A DNA stretch of 64,000 nt. It comes from Chrysomallon squamiferum (lineage: Eukaryota > Animalia > Mollusca). Below the pieces are notes generated by a model. It made no database searches and had not been told where the DNA came from. It saw only the letters and a list, made by a program, of their open reading frames with translations. The first letter of the stretch is position 1; every line of letters starts with the position of its first letter. Location: the NCBI GenBank assembly GCA_012295275.1, contig CM022672.1, positions 25,482,001-25,546,000 of the forward strand. The letters are read 5' to 3'. A program made the translations under genes and the position numbers. Of this stretch, positions 11,999 through 25,584 are shown in pieces.

Positions 11999-13977
11999 CA
12001 CGATAGCAAATATTTCAGTTTATCACAGTTATTAAGTACGTCGAAGTAGCATATGTCATTTGTCTCCCAGACAGATGTACAAGGAACATTCCAATTGATT
12101 AAAACACCATATTAATGAGCACTAATTTGTTTTTGGTTTTTTCAAAAAAAATGGTCAGATGAAAGCTAGACTCCCTTTTCTAATCCAAAAGTTGGACAGG
12201 CGAGACTTTTGTTTCTTGTTTGGTAAACGTGTGAATGGTATCTGAAAACAAAACAAGAAATACAATTTTTGGAATCAGTACGGAACACAAATGCGTAACA
12301 ATATAGTTATCATGTAATTCTGAAAATGACTTAAACCACGTAGAAATTAATGTATAATTTAGCAGTATACATAATCTTTTTAACTGTTTTATTACCACTT
12401 ACGTCATACTGTTAAGTTAACAGTCCACGAAAGGTAGATTTTTGCAAGTTTGAACTTCTAAACAGATGGTGCATCTATTTTATTACAGTTCATTTTTATT
12501 GAATTGATACCAGCTGTGAAACCATCAGTAAATATCGAATTATGATTTTATTTCTTAATGTTGATCTGTTCATCAAAAACAAAACAAAAAGTTAAAAGAA
12601 AAAAATGTTTTTATTATAATTATTTTTTATAATCTTTCTAAAATTATTTGGCAATTAGCAGTCCTAGTGATTACAACATTAAAATAAAGAAACAAACAAA
12701 CAAACAAACAAACAAACAAACAAATAAATGAAATAACTAATTAAAATTTCTAAAATTTTTATTTTATGGTTAATGCGGATCTGTTCAGCAAAAAAAAAAA
12801 AAAAAAAAAAGACACAGTAAAAGAAAACAAAATGTTTTTATTTATTATCTTTTTATAATTATTTGGCAAATGGCAATCTTAGTGATTACAACATTAAAAT
12901 AATTAAATCAATAAACAAACAAACAAATAAATGAAAAAACTAATTAAATAAAATGAAATAAAATAAAATATATAGAGAGAGCCAGTAACATACCTGCATT
13001 GAATATGAAAGAACAAAAACAAATTATCTTATTCTGTAAACTATCCAGTGCCTCTAACTTTTTAACTGTCGATATTTAAAACCCTGTATATTAAATATGT
13101 ACTCATTTCCGTTTATTATCTTTTAAAATGTATGTTCTAAAATGACCTCAAGATTATTTCAGTCAGTTAAAAATAGACAGTTACAACTTACATTAGTTAT
13201 TTCTCACAGCAGTACCAGCGTACGAAACTAAAATAGTGACTAAACACATAATAATCACTGTATACCTGTCTCCAGTGTCCTAGGCACCTGGCTGCTGCAC
13301 GTTTTCCTATCCCTGCTCATCTGATATTTCTGTATCCCCGTTTCATGTAATTATATTAATATAACGGTAAGAAAATCTACAAAATCCCAATGACAACGAT
13401 GACGACGACGTGAATAATATCTGTAGTAGCAGTAGTAATGATAGTAGTTTTTATGGTTGGAAAACTCCAACACCTCTTAATAAAACTTTTAACCACGCAC
13501 ACATACACAGTAGCAGTAGTAATAATAATGGTATCAAAAATATTTATGTATGCAAAAACCAACCCATGTAAAAAAAACAATAAAAACAAAAAACAATTAA
13601 AAAAGCTGATTAAATAGGTAATGTTATACTTATGTTGTGTGGATTGTTCAAAATTAATTATTGAGTTTTGTGTATAGGTGTAAATATATGTGCTTGTGTT
13701 TCTGTAAACTCAGGATCGTGTACTAGAATAATAGAACTTTTAACCACACACAAACACGCGCGCGCGTGCGCGCGCACACACACACAAATATACATATTCA
13801 TACACACAGACACAAATACAAACATACAAACACACACATAAACAAAAACAAAAAAACAACAAATGTTTCTATTCAGCATGATTCACATTACATACATTTA
13901 GCAACCTGTACCTCCATAATGAATCTTTGTAAAAAAAAAAGTCAGTAATTGTATGTTTCAACACATTCAAACCTGAA

Positions 13978-14400
13978 CTATAGTGTGTGTATCGGTGTAG
14001 ACTGTAGTGTGTGTATCGGTGTAGACTGTAGTGTGTGTACCGGTGTAGACTGTAGTGTGTGTACCGGTGTAGACTGTAGTGTGTGTACCGGTGTAGACTG
14101 TAGTGTGTGTATCGGTGTAGACTGTAGTGTGTGTATCGGTGTAGACTGTAGTGTGTGTACCGGTGTAGACTGTAGTGTGGGTACCGGTGTAGACTGTAGT
14201 GTGTATATATATGTAGACTGTAGTGTGTGTACTGGTGTAGACTGTAGTGTGTGTACTGGTGTAGACTGTAGTGTGTGTACATATGTAGACTGTAGTGTAT
14301 GTAGACCATAGTATGTGTACCGGTGTAGACTGTAGTGTGTGTACACCTGTAGGCTGAGGTGTGTGTAGACATGTAGACCATAGTCCGTGCACGCGTAATG
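13978..14400. repeat. 24-bp minisatellite, ~17 units (TAGTGTGTGTAYCGGTGTAGACTG)
   Basis: Visible tandem units; explains the 8-aa-period ORFs in several frames. Confidence 0.95.
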
Positions 14401-14944
14401 TGTAATGGTGTAGATTGTATTAGATGTACGCGTGTAGACAAAAAAAGGTCAAACTGCAGCAGAGTGCTTTAAAGAAAAAGAGCTGGTAACATTTCTATCT
14501 AACAGTTCTAAATCGTTCAGAGAGTCAAAGCACACGCTCTAAGCAGTCGATCGATTTCATGTGTTACCATGATCATTTGAAAAAATAACAATAATAATAA
14601 TAATGAATTGTGTAGGTAGTCCTCACTTGAAAAAACATGTACAACCTGGTGTCATTTTTGTTCGAATCAAATAACGATCATTTTGTATAATTTTAACGTG
14701 CAATCATAGAAACTAATCCAAGAAAAACATAAAAATAAAAATTAAATTAAATTAAATAAAATTGACAAGATAAAAAATAAAAAACAACAACAACAAAACA
14801 CCACCAAAATCAAGCTCAAAGGCAGAACATTAGCATTTCAATAGCATTACAGTCAAATAGCAGTGCAGTACATTAGCAATAGTAGTAAATTAGACGTACG
14901 GAATCAGTACATCAGCAATACAGAAAAGCAGTAGAGCAGTAATA

Positions 14945-17480
14945 GCAGTAGCAGTAAATCAGCAGTACAGTAGCAGTAAATCAGCAGTACACTAACTGTA
15001 AATCAGTAGTACACTAGCAGTAAATCAGCAGTACACTAGCTGTAAATTAGTAGTACACTAGCTGTAAATTAGTAGTACACTAGCAGTAAATCAGTAGTAC
15101 ACTAGCAGTAAATCAGCAGTACACTAGCAGTAAATCAGCAGTACACTAGCTGTAAATTAGTAGTACACTAGCAGTAAATCAGTAGTACACTAGCAGTAAA
15201 TCAGCAGTACACTAACAGTAAATCAGCAGTACTGCAGCAATAAATAAGCAGTACAGTAGCAATAAATCAGCAGTACACTACCAGTAAATCAGCAGTACAG
15301 TAGCAGTAAATTAGCAGTACAGTAGCAGTAAATTAGCAGTTCAGTAGCTGTAATTCAGCAATACACTAGCAGTAAATTAGCAGTACACTAACTGTAAATC
15401 AGTAGTACTCTAGATGTAAATTAGCAGTACGCTAGCAGTAAATCAGTAGTACACTAGCAGTAAATCAGCAGTACACTAGCTGTAAATTAGTAGTACACTA
15501 GCAGTAAATCAGTAGTACACTAGCAGTAAATCAGCAGTACACTAGCTGTAAATCAGTAGTACTCTAGATGTAAATTAGCAGTACGCTAGCAGTAAATCAG
15601 TAGTACACTAGCAGTAAATCAGCAGTACACTAGCTGTAAATCAGCAGTACACTAGCTGTAAATCAGTAGTACACTAGCAGTAAATCAGTAGTACACTAGC
15701 AGTAAATCAGTAGTACACTAGCAGTAAATCAGTAGTACTCTAGATGTAAATCAGTAGTACTCTAGATGTAAATTAGCAATACGCTAGCAGTAAATCAGTA
15801 GTACACTAGCAGTAAATCAGCAGTACACTAGCTGTAAATTAGCAGTACACTAGCAGTAAATCAGCAGTACACTAACAGTAAATCAGCAGTACACTAACAG
15901 TAAATCAGCAGTACACTAGCAGTAAATCAGTAGTACACTAGCAGTAAATCAGCAGTACACTAGCTGTAAATTAGCAGTACACTAGCAGTAAATCAGTAGT
16001 ACACTAGCAGTAAATCAGCAGTACACTAGCTGTAAATTAGCAGTACACTAGCAGTAAATCAGCAGTACACTAGCAGTAAATCAGCAGTACACTAGCAGTA
16101 AATCAGTAGTACACTAGCTGTAAATTAGCAGTACACTAGCATGTAAATCAGTAGTACACTAGCAGTAAATCAGCAGTACACTAGCTGTAAATTAGCAGTA
16201 CACTAGCAGTAAATCAGTAGTACACTAGCTGTAAATCAGCAGTACACTAGCTGTAAATCAGCAGTACACTAGCTGTAAATCAGCAGTACACTAGCAGTAA
16301 ATCAGCAGTACACTAGCAGTAAATCAGCAGTACACTAGCTGTAAATTAGCAGTACACTACCAGTAAATCAGCAGTACACTAACAGTAAATCAGCAGTACT
16401 ACAGTAGCAGTAAATAAGCAGTACACTACCAGTAAATCAGCAGTACAGTAGCAGTAAATTAGCAGTACAGTAGCAGTAAATTAGGAGTACAGTACAGTAG
16501 CTGTAATTCAGCAATACACTAGCAGTAAATTAGCAGTACAGTAGCAGTAAATCAGTAGTACACTAGCTGTAAATCAGCAGTACAGTAGCTGTAAATTAGC
16601 AGTACACTAGCTGTAAATTAGCAGTACAGTAGCAGTAAATCAGCAGTACAGTAGCTGTAAATTAGCAGTACACTAGCAGTAAATTAGCAGTACAGTAGCA
16701 GTAAATTAGCAGTACAGTAGCAGTAAATCAGCAGTACAGTAGCAGTAAATTAGCAGTACACTAGCAGTAAATTAGCAGTACACTAGCAGTAAATTAGCAG
16801 TACAGTAGCAGTAAATCAGCAGTACAGTAGAAGTAAATTAGCAGTACAGCAGCAGTAGATCAGCAGTACAGTAGCAGTAAATCAGCAGTAAATTAGCAGG
16901 ACACTAACAGCAAATTAGCAGTACACTAGCAGTAAATTAGCAGTACAGTGGCTGTAAATTAGCAGTACACTAGCAGTAAGTCAGAGGTACACTAGTAGTA
17001 AATTAGCAGTACAGTAGCAGCAATCAGCAGTACAGTAGCAGCAAATTAGCAGACCACTAGCTGTAAATTAGCAGTACAATAGCAGTAAATTAGCAGTACA
17101 GTAGCAGCAATCATCAGTACAGTAGCAGCAAATTAGCAGTAAATTAGCAGGACACTAACAGCAAATTAGCAGTACACTAGCAGTAAATTAGCAGTACAGT
17201 GGCTGTAAATTAGCAGTACACTAGCAGTAAGTCAGAGGTACACTAGTAGTAAATTAGCAGTACAGTAGCAGCAATCAGCAGTACAGTAGCAGCAAATTAG
17301 CAGACCACTAGCTGTAAATTAGCAGTACAATAGCAGTAAATTAGCAGTACAGTAGCAGCAATCATCAGTACAGTAGCAGCAAATTAGCAGACCACTAGCT
17401 GTAAATCAGCAGTACAGTAGCAGCAAATTAGCAGACCAGTAGCTGTAAATTAGCAGTACACTAGCAGTAAGTCAACAGTA
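14945..17480. repeat. 21-bp minisatellite array, ~2.5 kb, roughly 120 units (CAGTACACTAGCAGTAAATCAG variants)
   Basis: Visible tandem units with recurring variants (GCTGTAAA/GCAGTAAA, ATCAG/ATTAG, TACAC/TACAG). A higher-order ~250-bp block is duplicated at ~16880-17135 and ~17135-17390. Confidence 0.97.
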
Positions 17481-17488
17481 TACCAGCA

Positions 17489-17630
17489 GTTGAAGCGATG
17501 TGCTTGGGGGGGGGGCATGCAATGGTACGAAAGTGGACAGCATTTGACATTTATGCCCTTTCCGAAGCCGAAAACAGAAGAAGAAAATGTTTTAAAATGG
17601 ATTCGACTATGCGGACGACCACACTCTCAA
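17489..17630 (+). pseudogene. THAP-type zinc-finger remnant (transposon-derived)
   Basis: Manual translation LKRCAWG..CN, broken at a G run, then MPFPKPKTEEENVLKWIRLCGRPHSQ. Fits the THAP C-x-C...FP...W pattern. Confidence 0.6.
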
Positions 17631-17754
17631 AATAAAACACGTTTCAAATAATGATAATACACGTCAGCTGATGTTTAGCTGTATACGAAACAACTAAATG
17701 TCAATAATGTACATGCCCACACACAGCCATTGAACAGAAAAAAAAAAAAAAGAA

Positions 17755-20700
17755 CAAAGAAATGTTTTATTTCTTGACACACTCAACACGTTTTATTTAC
17801 GGTTATATGGTGTCGGACAAATTGAGAGAGGAAACCTGCTGTTGCCACTTCATGGGTTTGATTAGCAGTACCATTCCACAGAGTCCGGTGGCAGGCACCG
17901 ATAAGCGTGCATTGCGGTCCGTACAAAGTTTTTTTGCTGTTTCTATCCCTCTGAGATGTGCTCTTTAAGAATCTGAACGATGCCACTCTGTCATCCTTTG
18001 GGCAATCCGCACAATATGCAAATTAAGGCCGCCATTACTGAAAATCTCGTTTTCGTCAATATCTCAGTAACTACACATGGTATCAAAATAATTTTGGTGT
18101 CTATACACATGTTTTTAGGTAAAGAATCAGATTAAACCATTACAGTATTGATCACACCAATATTGTCTGCAAAATATGCTAAAATCAACTTCAATGTTAA
18201 AGAACATCCCCTTTACTTATGCTGATGCATGTTGCCATTACTGACTTGACTCAATCCTCAAACAAGTCATTTTCAACAGCATTGTCACAGTTATCAACCC
18301 GTCGGGTATGCTTCTCCGTGACATCCACAAAACATTGTGCAAGGCAAGTGAGCTGTATAGCATCCACACATTGCTGTCGAACAGGGTGTATCCGTAGCAC
18401 AACCACACCTTATCATTTCCAGCACCTCCGGTGGAGCAACACTAATGTTTGGTTGCAATGTTACTGGGATCAAGCATCTATTGCGTTCGTCACGTTCCCA
18501 TCCGAAGTGACATAAGCTCTGGAACCTTTGTCAAATTTTTTCTACCCATCCTTCGCGACCAGACTTCTCCAGGGACCTCAGACATGTTCGATGTCACCAA
18601 GCTTTTGACCCCGTAGCAGGCAGCCATGAATGTTGTCGCTTCTTCAATGATGTCACCTACGTCCTCAGATAATACGCCCATTTCAGCAGTTCTACACCAC
18701 TCTTAAGGACTTTGATGACGGTGCTTTTTCCTACTCCGAAGCACTGAGCCACAATGTCACAGTCTGAGAGGGCATGGGGGGCTGGCAGTTGTGAAAGCAA
18801 GTGTCCATGTTCACTTGCAGTTGCCCCAATGTCTATAGTAGTTCGTTCAGCACTTGGTCCTTCCATTGTAAGACGACAGGTCAGGTTCAACTTTGCGTAG
18901 AAGTGCAGCAGGAGGACAAAAACGTCTGTGTCCTCACATACGATGTTGATTCTTTTCACGCCACTTTCAGCTGCCTTAACCATCTGCTGTATGATTATTA
19001 GTAACAATGTTCCCGATGAGAGCGGCTGGTAAGGTGTGGTCCAACTTTGTAGAAAGCTTTGATAGCAAGGATAACAAAGTGGAACTGACACAGTCAAGGG
19101 CAATGTCCAGATCAACTCTGGCATGATAGTTCTTGTCATCAACTAATGATTCCTTTACATCACGGACAATCTGGTGAGCAACCTTTTCCAGTCCAATCCC
19201 AACATCATCTTCATCACTGCTCGGCACTAGTCTCAACAAACTGGATGCTTTACTTTGAAACACGAGCAGCCTAGCAACACCTGTGCCACTCAGCAGAAGA
19301 AGATCCGAACCAAAGTATTGTAACAACTTGGAGACTAAGGTTCGGCGACTAATGTCTCTTCCACCATTGGACTTGTCTAGGTCGTATAATTCGATGGAAT
19401 TCCACACTCGCGATGATTCTGCTCTCACTGCACTGACTGTCGTTTCAAAAGCCACATCCACCTCCTCTTGGCTACTACTAGATGCTGCTGAAGCTGACTT
19501 CACTGACCGAGGTGAACAAAACTTCTTGTAACAGTCTGTGTGGCATCTACCATCTGCTGCATGCAGATCACATATTGCCCCAGCCAAACGTGTCTCTACC
19601 TCGCGTCCCAGTCGTCGTGACGAGATCTACAAACATCTAGAAGGGTTTCCTTAAAAGTCTTTCTCCCCTCACCACGTCCGCTGTCCTACAAAGAACAACC
19701 CTGCGCCAACGATACGGATGCTTAGGATCAATGTCAAGGTATTCCTCACCGCAGAAAAGGCAATGTTGCCTGAAGTTGAAGGTTGTCGATCCGGACCGAC
19801 GCAGACTTTTTCCTGCAGATGACTCTTCAGAACCTTTTGATGCGCTCAGTTTATTCAAGTGTCTGGTGTGAGATTTGGATGTATATGTGGATACACAATC
19901 TCTATGACAAAGAACATCTAAATCTTTGTCTGCCAACAGTCTAGTTTCAAGATCTTCATGGAGATCATCAAATCTCCGTTTACTTGATTCAATGATAATC
20001 TGTATCCTGTCAGTCCCTGCGACGCTAAGTTCCTTCTTGCTTCCATCTTCTTTACAAAAGATGCAGCACCCTTCCACCTTTCAGTTCTACCTGGAAGAGA
20101 AGATATATGCGAACCACTCTGGCAGAACCAGGCGCTTCAATAACAGAGAAGTGCCTGCTTTTACCAGGCCGCTATTACTGATATTATCAATAATGGCGAT
20201 CCTTATTAACATATTTTGCAGAAAATATTGGTGTGATCAATACTGTAATGGTTTAGTCTGATTCTTTACCCCTAAAAACATGTGTATAGACACCAAAATT
20301 ATTTTGATACCATGTGTAGTTACTGAGATATTGACGAAAACGAGATTTTCAGTAATGGTGGCCTTAATATGCCTATTCAGCACAAAATATTGGTATGATC
20401 TTGACTGAAATGACTTAATCTGATTCTTTACCCCTCAAAACATGGGGATAGACACCAAAATTATTTTGATACTATGCATAGTTACTGAGATATTGACGAA
20501 AACAAGATTTTCAGTAATGGCGGCCTTAATTTGCATATTGTGCGGATTGCCCAAAGATGACAGAGTGGCATCATTCAGATTCTTAAAGAGCACATCTCAG
20601 AGGTATAGAAACAGCAAAAAAAAACTTTGTACGGACTGAATTGCAAGGTTCTCCAAAAATCTGGGGTTTGGCAACCAGACTAACAGACAGGTATGGTATG

Positions 20701-20755
20701 TACCAGTCATGGTGCATTGGCTGGGACAAGAAATGGCACAGTAGACCCACAGACA
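17755..20755 (-). mobile_element. SINE-like interspersed repeat split by the Academ-like insertion (17755-17880 and 20683-20755)
   Basis: The halves join as ...TTAGCAG..CCATTCCACA|GACAGG... A similar sequence lies in opposite orientation at ~33870-33960 and a short piece at ~57905-57930. It resembles a gastropod repeat I recall (unverified). Confidence 0.55.
17881..20682 (-). mobile_element. AcademX-like DNA transposon, internally deleted and frameshifted
   Basis: Long TIRs (~17915-18180 mirrored in ~20210-20640). Right end reads TAGTCTGGTTGCC inward; left end GAGTCCGGTGGC. ACA flanks both ends. Broken minus-strand ORFs encode FNFRQHCLFCG, DLHAADGRCHTDCY, XPG/PIN-like EDTDVFVLLL...HALSDCD...FGVGK and a Cys-rich finger IRCGCATDTPCSTAMCGC...PCTMFCGC. 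XPG plus Cys finger with 3-bp TSD is the described AcademX layout. Confidence 0.8.
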
Positions 20756-20979
20756 TTGTAAAACTGTAAAAAAAAAACCTGTGTGTTATGTGTATGTGAT
20801 GCATATTACCAAAGTTGGTTTTGAAGTGAATTCAAACTAAACATTTGGCGATCTATTTTAAATGTTCAGCTATTACAAACAGTCTTGATAATGCAGCTTT
20901 AAGACACGTATATCATTTGTTACATTCTGGTTTGTTACTTTTCTTTTTTCTTTGCACTAAAATAAACCAAGATATACTC

Positions 20980-21358
20980 ATCCAGCTTTACAGGAGCAGT
21001 TAGCCACAAATAACTGTTTCGTCTCCAAGTAAACTTGAATATGCAGTTTGTGTGCCGAGTCGTTTTTCCTCAAGGAACACCTGCATCTCGCAATCACTTT
21101 TGGTTGATTTTCGTCGGAAATTTTATATCGTGGATGTAGCCTTGCGTAAAATAATTAAAACCTTTCTGTTGTGCTTTTCTGGAAAAGCCAGAGCTCTCAG
21201 GAAGATATGAAACCGACAAATCATCTAGAATATTGTTTAGATCAGCTACGCCGTCTGCTACCGATTCCGCCATTTTGGATGTTAGCTTGTGGGACGTAGT
21301 AACAGTAATTAAGGGGGCGTGCCTTACTGAATGATTGTGGAAACATTAATTACTGGCC
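20980..21358 (-). mobile_element. ISL2EU-like element end with SWIM-finger ORF remnant
   Basis: Minus strand from the ATG near 21272: MAESVADG...KGFNYFTQGYIHDI, frameshift, VIARCRCSLRKNDSAHKL...ANCSCKAG. This pattern precedes YqaJ exonucleases. Putative terminus GGCCAGTAATTAATG at 21358. Confidence 0.55.
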
Positions 21359-21844
21359 ACGTATAGGATATACGTGTTTGTTAAATCAAATTATTTATCG
21401 ACTTTGTCACTGAGATATTAAAAGTGTCGCACTAGAAATATAACGCAAACATAGAAATTAAAATTCTTAATTCGTATTATTTTATCAATGTTTTGAATTT
21501 CTAACTATGACCTATTTAAACTGGTTAAAAAGACAGAAAAAAAAAACATTACAGATACATTTTACGAAAGAGCTTTTGAGTTGTTATTTTGTTGAATTAT
21601 CCAACGAGAGAGAGAAAAAAAAAAAAGAAAGAAGAAGAACAAAAGTAAGACAGAGCAAGCTAGGAAATGTAATAGAGGACGACAGTGGATGGGTAATCAA
21701 CAGAGTCACGTAACACAAGAAAATAAGAGATGCGGATATAAATAAATAAATAAATAAATAAATAAATAGGCCTACTCGTATTACTGTTATTATTGAAGTT
21801 TGTACTTTAGTTTTCTAATTTCAGAATTAATTTCATTTATTTAT

Positions 21845-21901
<57 letters not shown>

Positions 21902-23015
21902 TTTTACTTCTTTTTTCTTTCCTTCTTATTTTTCCTTATTTTTATTATTATTTATTGTTCTTTTTCCTTTCATTCTTCTTTTCCGTTCTTTGTTTCTTTT
22001 TCCGAGCTCTACTACTTCTGCTGCTTCTTTTTTTTGTTTCATCTTCGTCGACGTTTTCTTATTATTTTTTTCTTCTTCTTCTTCTTCTTCTTCTTCTTCT
22101 TCTTTTGAAATATTATTTGCATAGAAATCGTCCTTGTAATCAAAATAAAAGATCCGGTCTGCTAATAAACATGATTTAAGTACTTCAGTTATCTCATACT
22201 TCAGTGCTTCTGTTACCGTTTAGTGCCTGGCGATTCTGTTACAGATTCAATTATCCTGAACATTTATTTTACAAGCCATATCAGCAAGACGGCAACAATC
22301 ATTGGTTAACAGTATCATTGTTGTTATCAAAGACACGTTGGAGAAAACAAAATGAGACTTAATAAACCATTTAAGACATACAAAGTAAAGCAGATATAGT
22401 AAAGTATTCTAATCATGTGAATTCTAGAAATGAATGATGATAAAAATTCCAGCAAAAAATATATTTCACATTTTTTCAGTCCTTATTTATTTATTTATTA
22501 CTGATGTTGTTGCTGTTGTTGTTGTTGTTGTTATTATCAACATCGTCATCATCTTCATCATTATTAATATCACATCATCATCATCGTCATCATTATTGTC
22601 ATCATTAGTATTATTACTAGTATTATTAAATACCACTGGATCCAAAAAACGTAGTTTCATTTATTTCAAAACAGGGAGGTAAATCTTATCTTTAAACGAA
22701 AAAGATTTAAATAATAACTAATAAAAAATACCAGTGCTCAGTCTAATGTGACTTTTGCTATCATTACTAAACTTTCAAAAGACACACACACACACACACA
22801 CACACAGTCTGATACATAGATATATAGACAAACAGAGAGTCAGATGTAAATATTTTTATTGATAAATAAATTTTGAATAAAAAAGCAGTAAAACAGTTAT
22901 GAATAAATATTTATTTTTACTTTTCTTTCTCTCACTTCCAGTGTACCAATGGTTATCATCGACCTGTGAAAGAGAAAAATAAATAAAAAGATTATGAAGA
23001 AGTATATATTTATAC

Positions 23016-23127
<112 letters not shown>

Positions 23128-23199
23128 CAGGAATGGAGAACAGTGCATAGATTCATAGACAGATATATAGATAGACAGATGGCTAGATAGACAGATGGA

Positions 23200-23460
23200 T
23201 TACTTACCAAAGTTATAACCGTTGTTAAAGCCATTGAAGCCTCTGTAGCCATTATAATAGCCGTTGTCGTAACCATTGTAACCGTTATCACGATCAAAGC
23301 CGTTGTTGTATTGACCATTGTCGAAGTCATCGCCTGAGTCAAAGCCGTTCCCGTTGCCCCTGGGGTAGTAGCTGACTACCTGGTAGGGGGGACGCATGAA
23401 CATGGCCACTGTACAGCTGAGGACGGCCAGAAAACAGGTCACCAAACAAAGAACGTTCAT
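23200..23460 (-). CDS. Small secreted Gly/Asn/Tyr/Asp/Phe-rich protein (86 aa)
   Basis: Signal-peptide-like MNVLCLVTCFLAVLSCTVA; NGF/NGY repeats; GC-rich codons against AT-rich flanks; acceptor TTTCAG 7 nt before the ATG; AATAAA downstream near 22855. Confidence 0.82.
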   Translation of the reverse strand: MNVLCLVTCFLAVLSCTVAMFMRPPYQVVSYYPRGNGNGFDSGDDFDNGQYNNGFDRDNGYNGYDNGYYNGYRGFNGFNNGYNFGK

Positions 23461-25287
23461 GTCTGTTCTGAAATATTATTTTAAATAAATGAGTTCTTAA
23501 ATAAATAAATAATAATAATTAAAATATAAATTGCATTGTTTTATGCTATTCTGTAGCCATTACCTACTTTGTGTTACTTTAAATACATGTGTTAGTGTTT
23601 ATTACTGCTTGTAATGCTACTACTACGTGAACTATTAGTAATTATACATCTGCCTTAACCTCTACTGTTACTTCTACTCTGTACGAATAACATCACCTGT
23701 TACTGCAGTTAATCTTTCACCACTATTACACATAAAACACGAACAATATAGCTCCTGTAATTGCTTCTACTACTACGATGACTACTACTTCTACAATTGT
23801 AACTACTGTTATTGCGGCTGCTAATAATTAAAAAGAAAATAAGCTATTACTGATATAAATATTATTAAATACAATTAGAAAAATATAATTCAAAAATTCT
23901 TAGCAATGTTGTGTATAATATTATAACTATCACGGGCTTTCATCCAGTACCTACTTTGAAATCCTTCACTGGACCGAAGCGAACGGAATTTTTTTTATTT
24001 TGCTTTTTGTTTTCATTTCGGGATAGAAATCGTTTTTGCACGGGTTTTGGGATTTTGTTTTCTTGTTGTTTTGTTTTCTAGTTCTTCCTTGTTCAGCCAA
24101 GAAATCCATTTATCCCGGTTCTGAAAAATGTGCAGGGTTATTCCAGTTTTTTATTATGATGGTGTCATAATCTTTGTAGAATCTCGTTGCACGTTTGAAA
24201 AAAAGATTTCAGAACAAAAAAAAAACAGATGGTAAATCATAATACTAGTCAAAGAAACTGGAAAATTCTCGCTTAATGTTATTTCTTTTCGCAAAAAGAT
24301 TTTCAGTGATAAAAGATATTCTTAATTTTCTCTTTCATGTTACAGTGGCGATGTATTTATATCACTAATTTAGCTGATGCAAATGGTGTAATGTTCAAGA
24401 TTAAATGACGGAAAGAATTAGAAAAATACCCAGTGCGGACGAACGACAATGAAATCTGTTTAAATATATTTACTTCTCTTCGAAATGAGTTCAAGACATT
24501 ATTGCCACACAAACATAACCTTATGAAATATAGTCCAGATTTAGAGCTAGCAGAATTCTGCATCTTTACTTTTGAGGCTGGATTATTTCAAACACGACAC
24601 TAAATTTAAGCACTGACAGGAAATGAGGAAAAATCAGCTTGCTTTACCTGCGTCTAAGCGATCTGTAAGTTTTTTTTTTTTTAAATGTTTTGTATTCAGT
24701 GCTTGGTATTGAAATCTGTCTAAGAAATTCCAGTTTATTAATGAATGTTGTACAGTTTGATGACAGAGTACAACAGACACGTAGTGTGTTTTATAATCAA
24801 CTCGGATTTCCACGCTAGGTATTGCAGTTGTTGTTGATTCTGGCAAGAAAAAAAATCACGATGTCATAAATTATGAAGTAAAGACTTGGTTTAAATTTGA
24901 TATTTATTGTTGTTGTTCTTTTTTTGTTGCTTTTTTTTTTTTTTTTTTTTTGAAAATACCCATTCCTAGTTCTTGTTTTTGTATGTTGTTATACTTGTGG
25001 CTGATGATGATGTTGTTGTTCTTGATGTTGACGCTGATGGTTTAATAGTAACGTTGCAGTAACATCTGTCGGCCTGTAATAAATAGCGAAATAACACATT
25101 ATTTAAAATAAAATAAATAAAACTTAGATAAATAAATAAAGTGCAAACAAACGAAGAAATGAAATATAGATATTATAGATACATATATAAATATACATCT
25201 CCATAATGATAGAAACTAAGCCTTACGTACATACATACATACATACATATAATACATAAGTAAATACACACGTAAATACATACATAC

Positions 25288-25318
<31 letters not shown>

Positions 25319-25584
25319 CACACATACATACATACATGCATATACACACAATCACACATGCAGTAGAACAACGAACAAAAATTTAAAAAACGGATTTATT
25401 ATTATTACTGTTACAATAAGTTCTTCATATAACTGAACAGATAAACAGAATGAAACCACTTCACGAATATGGAAATGTAATTACACAGAAAAACCCGTAC
25501 AGTGACACGTAAATAAAAGTATCTGTAACTGTTTGTACCTCTACACGCAGCACATCACAGACAAACAACTATAAAACATAATAA

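Larger units (their letters stand above)
10680..17480 (-). repeat. Right arm of large inverted segmental duplication, lengthened by minisatellite expansions
   Basis: Reverse-complement match to the left arm; ends inside the 21-bp satellite. Confidence 0.85.

Noticed and set aside
13869-14441. Overlapping ORFs of 120-190 aa (HRYTHYSL, VDCSVCTG repeats)
   Set aside because: Produced by the stop-free 24-bp minisatellite in several frames; no signal peptide or splice support.
14945-17480. Regular short repeat array resembling CRISPR
   Set aside because: Units are contiguous with no unique spacers, there are no cas genes, and the context is eukaryotic. It is a minisatellite.
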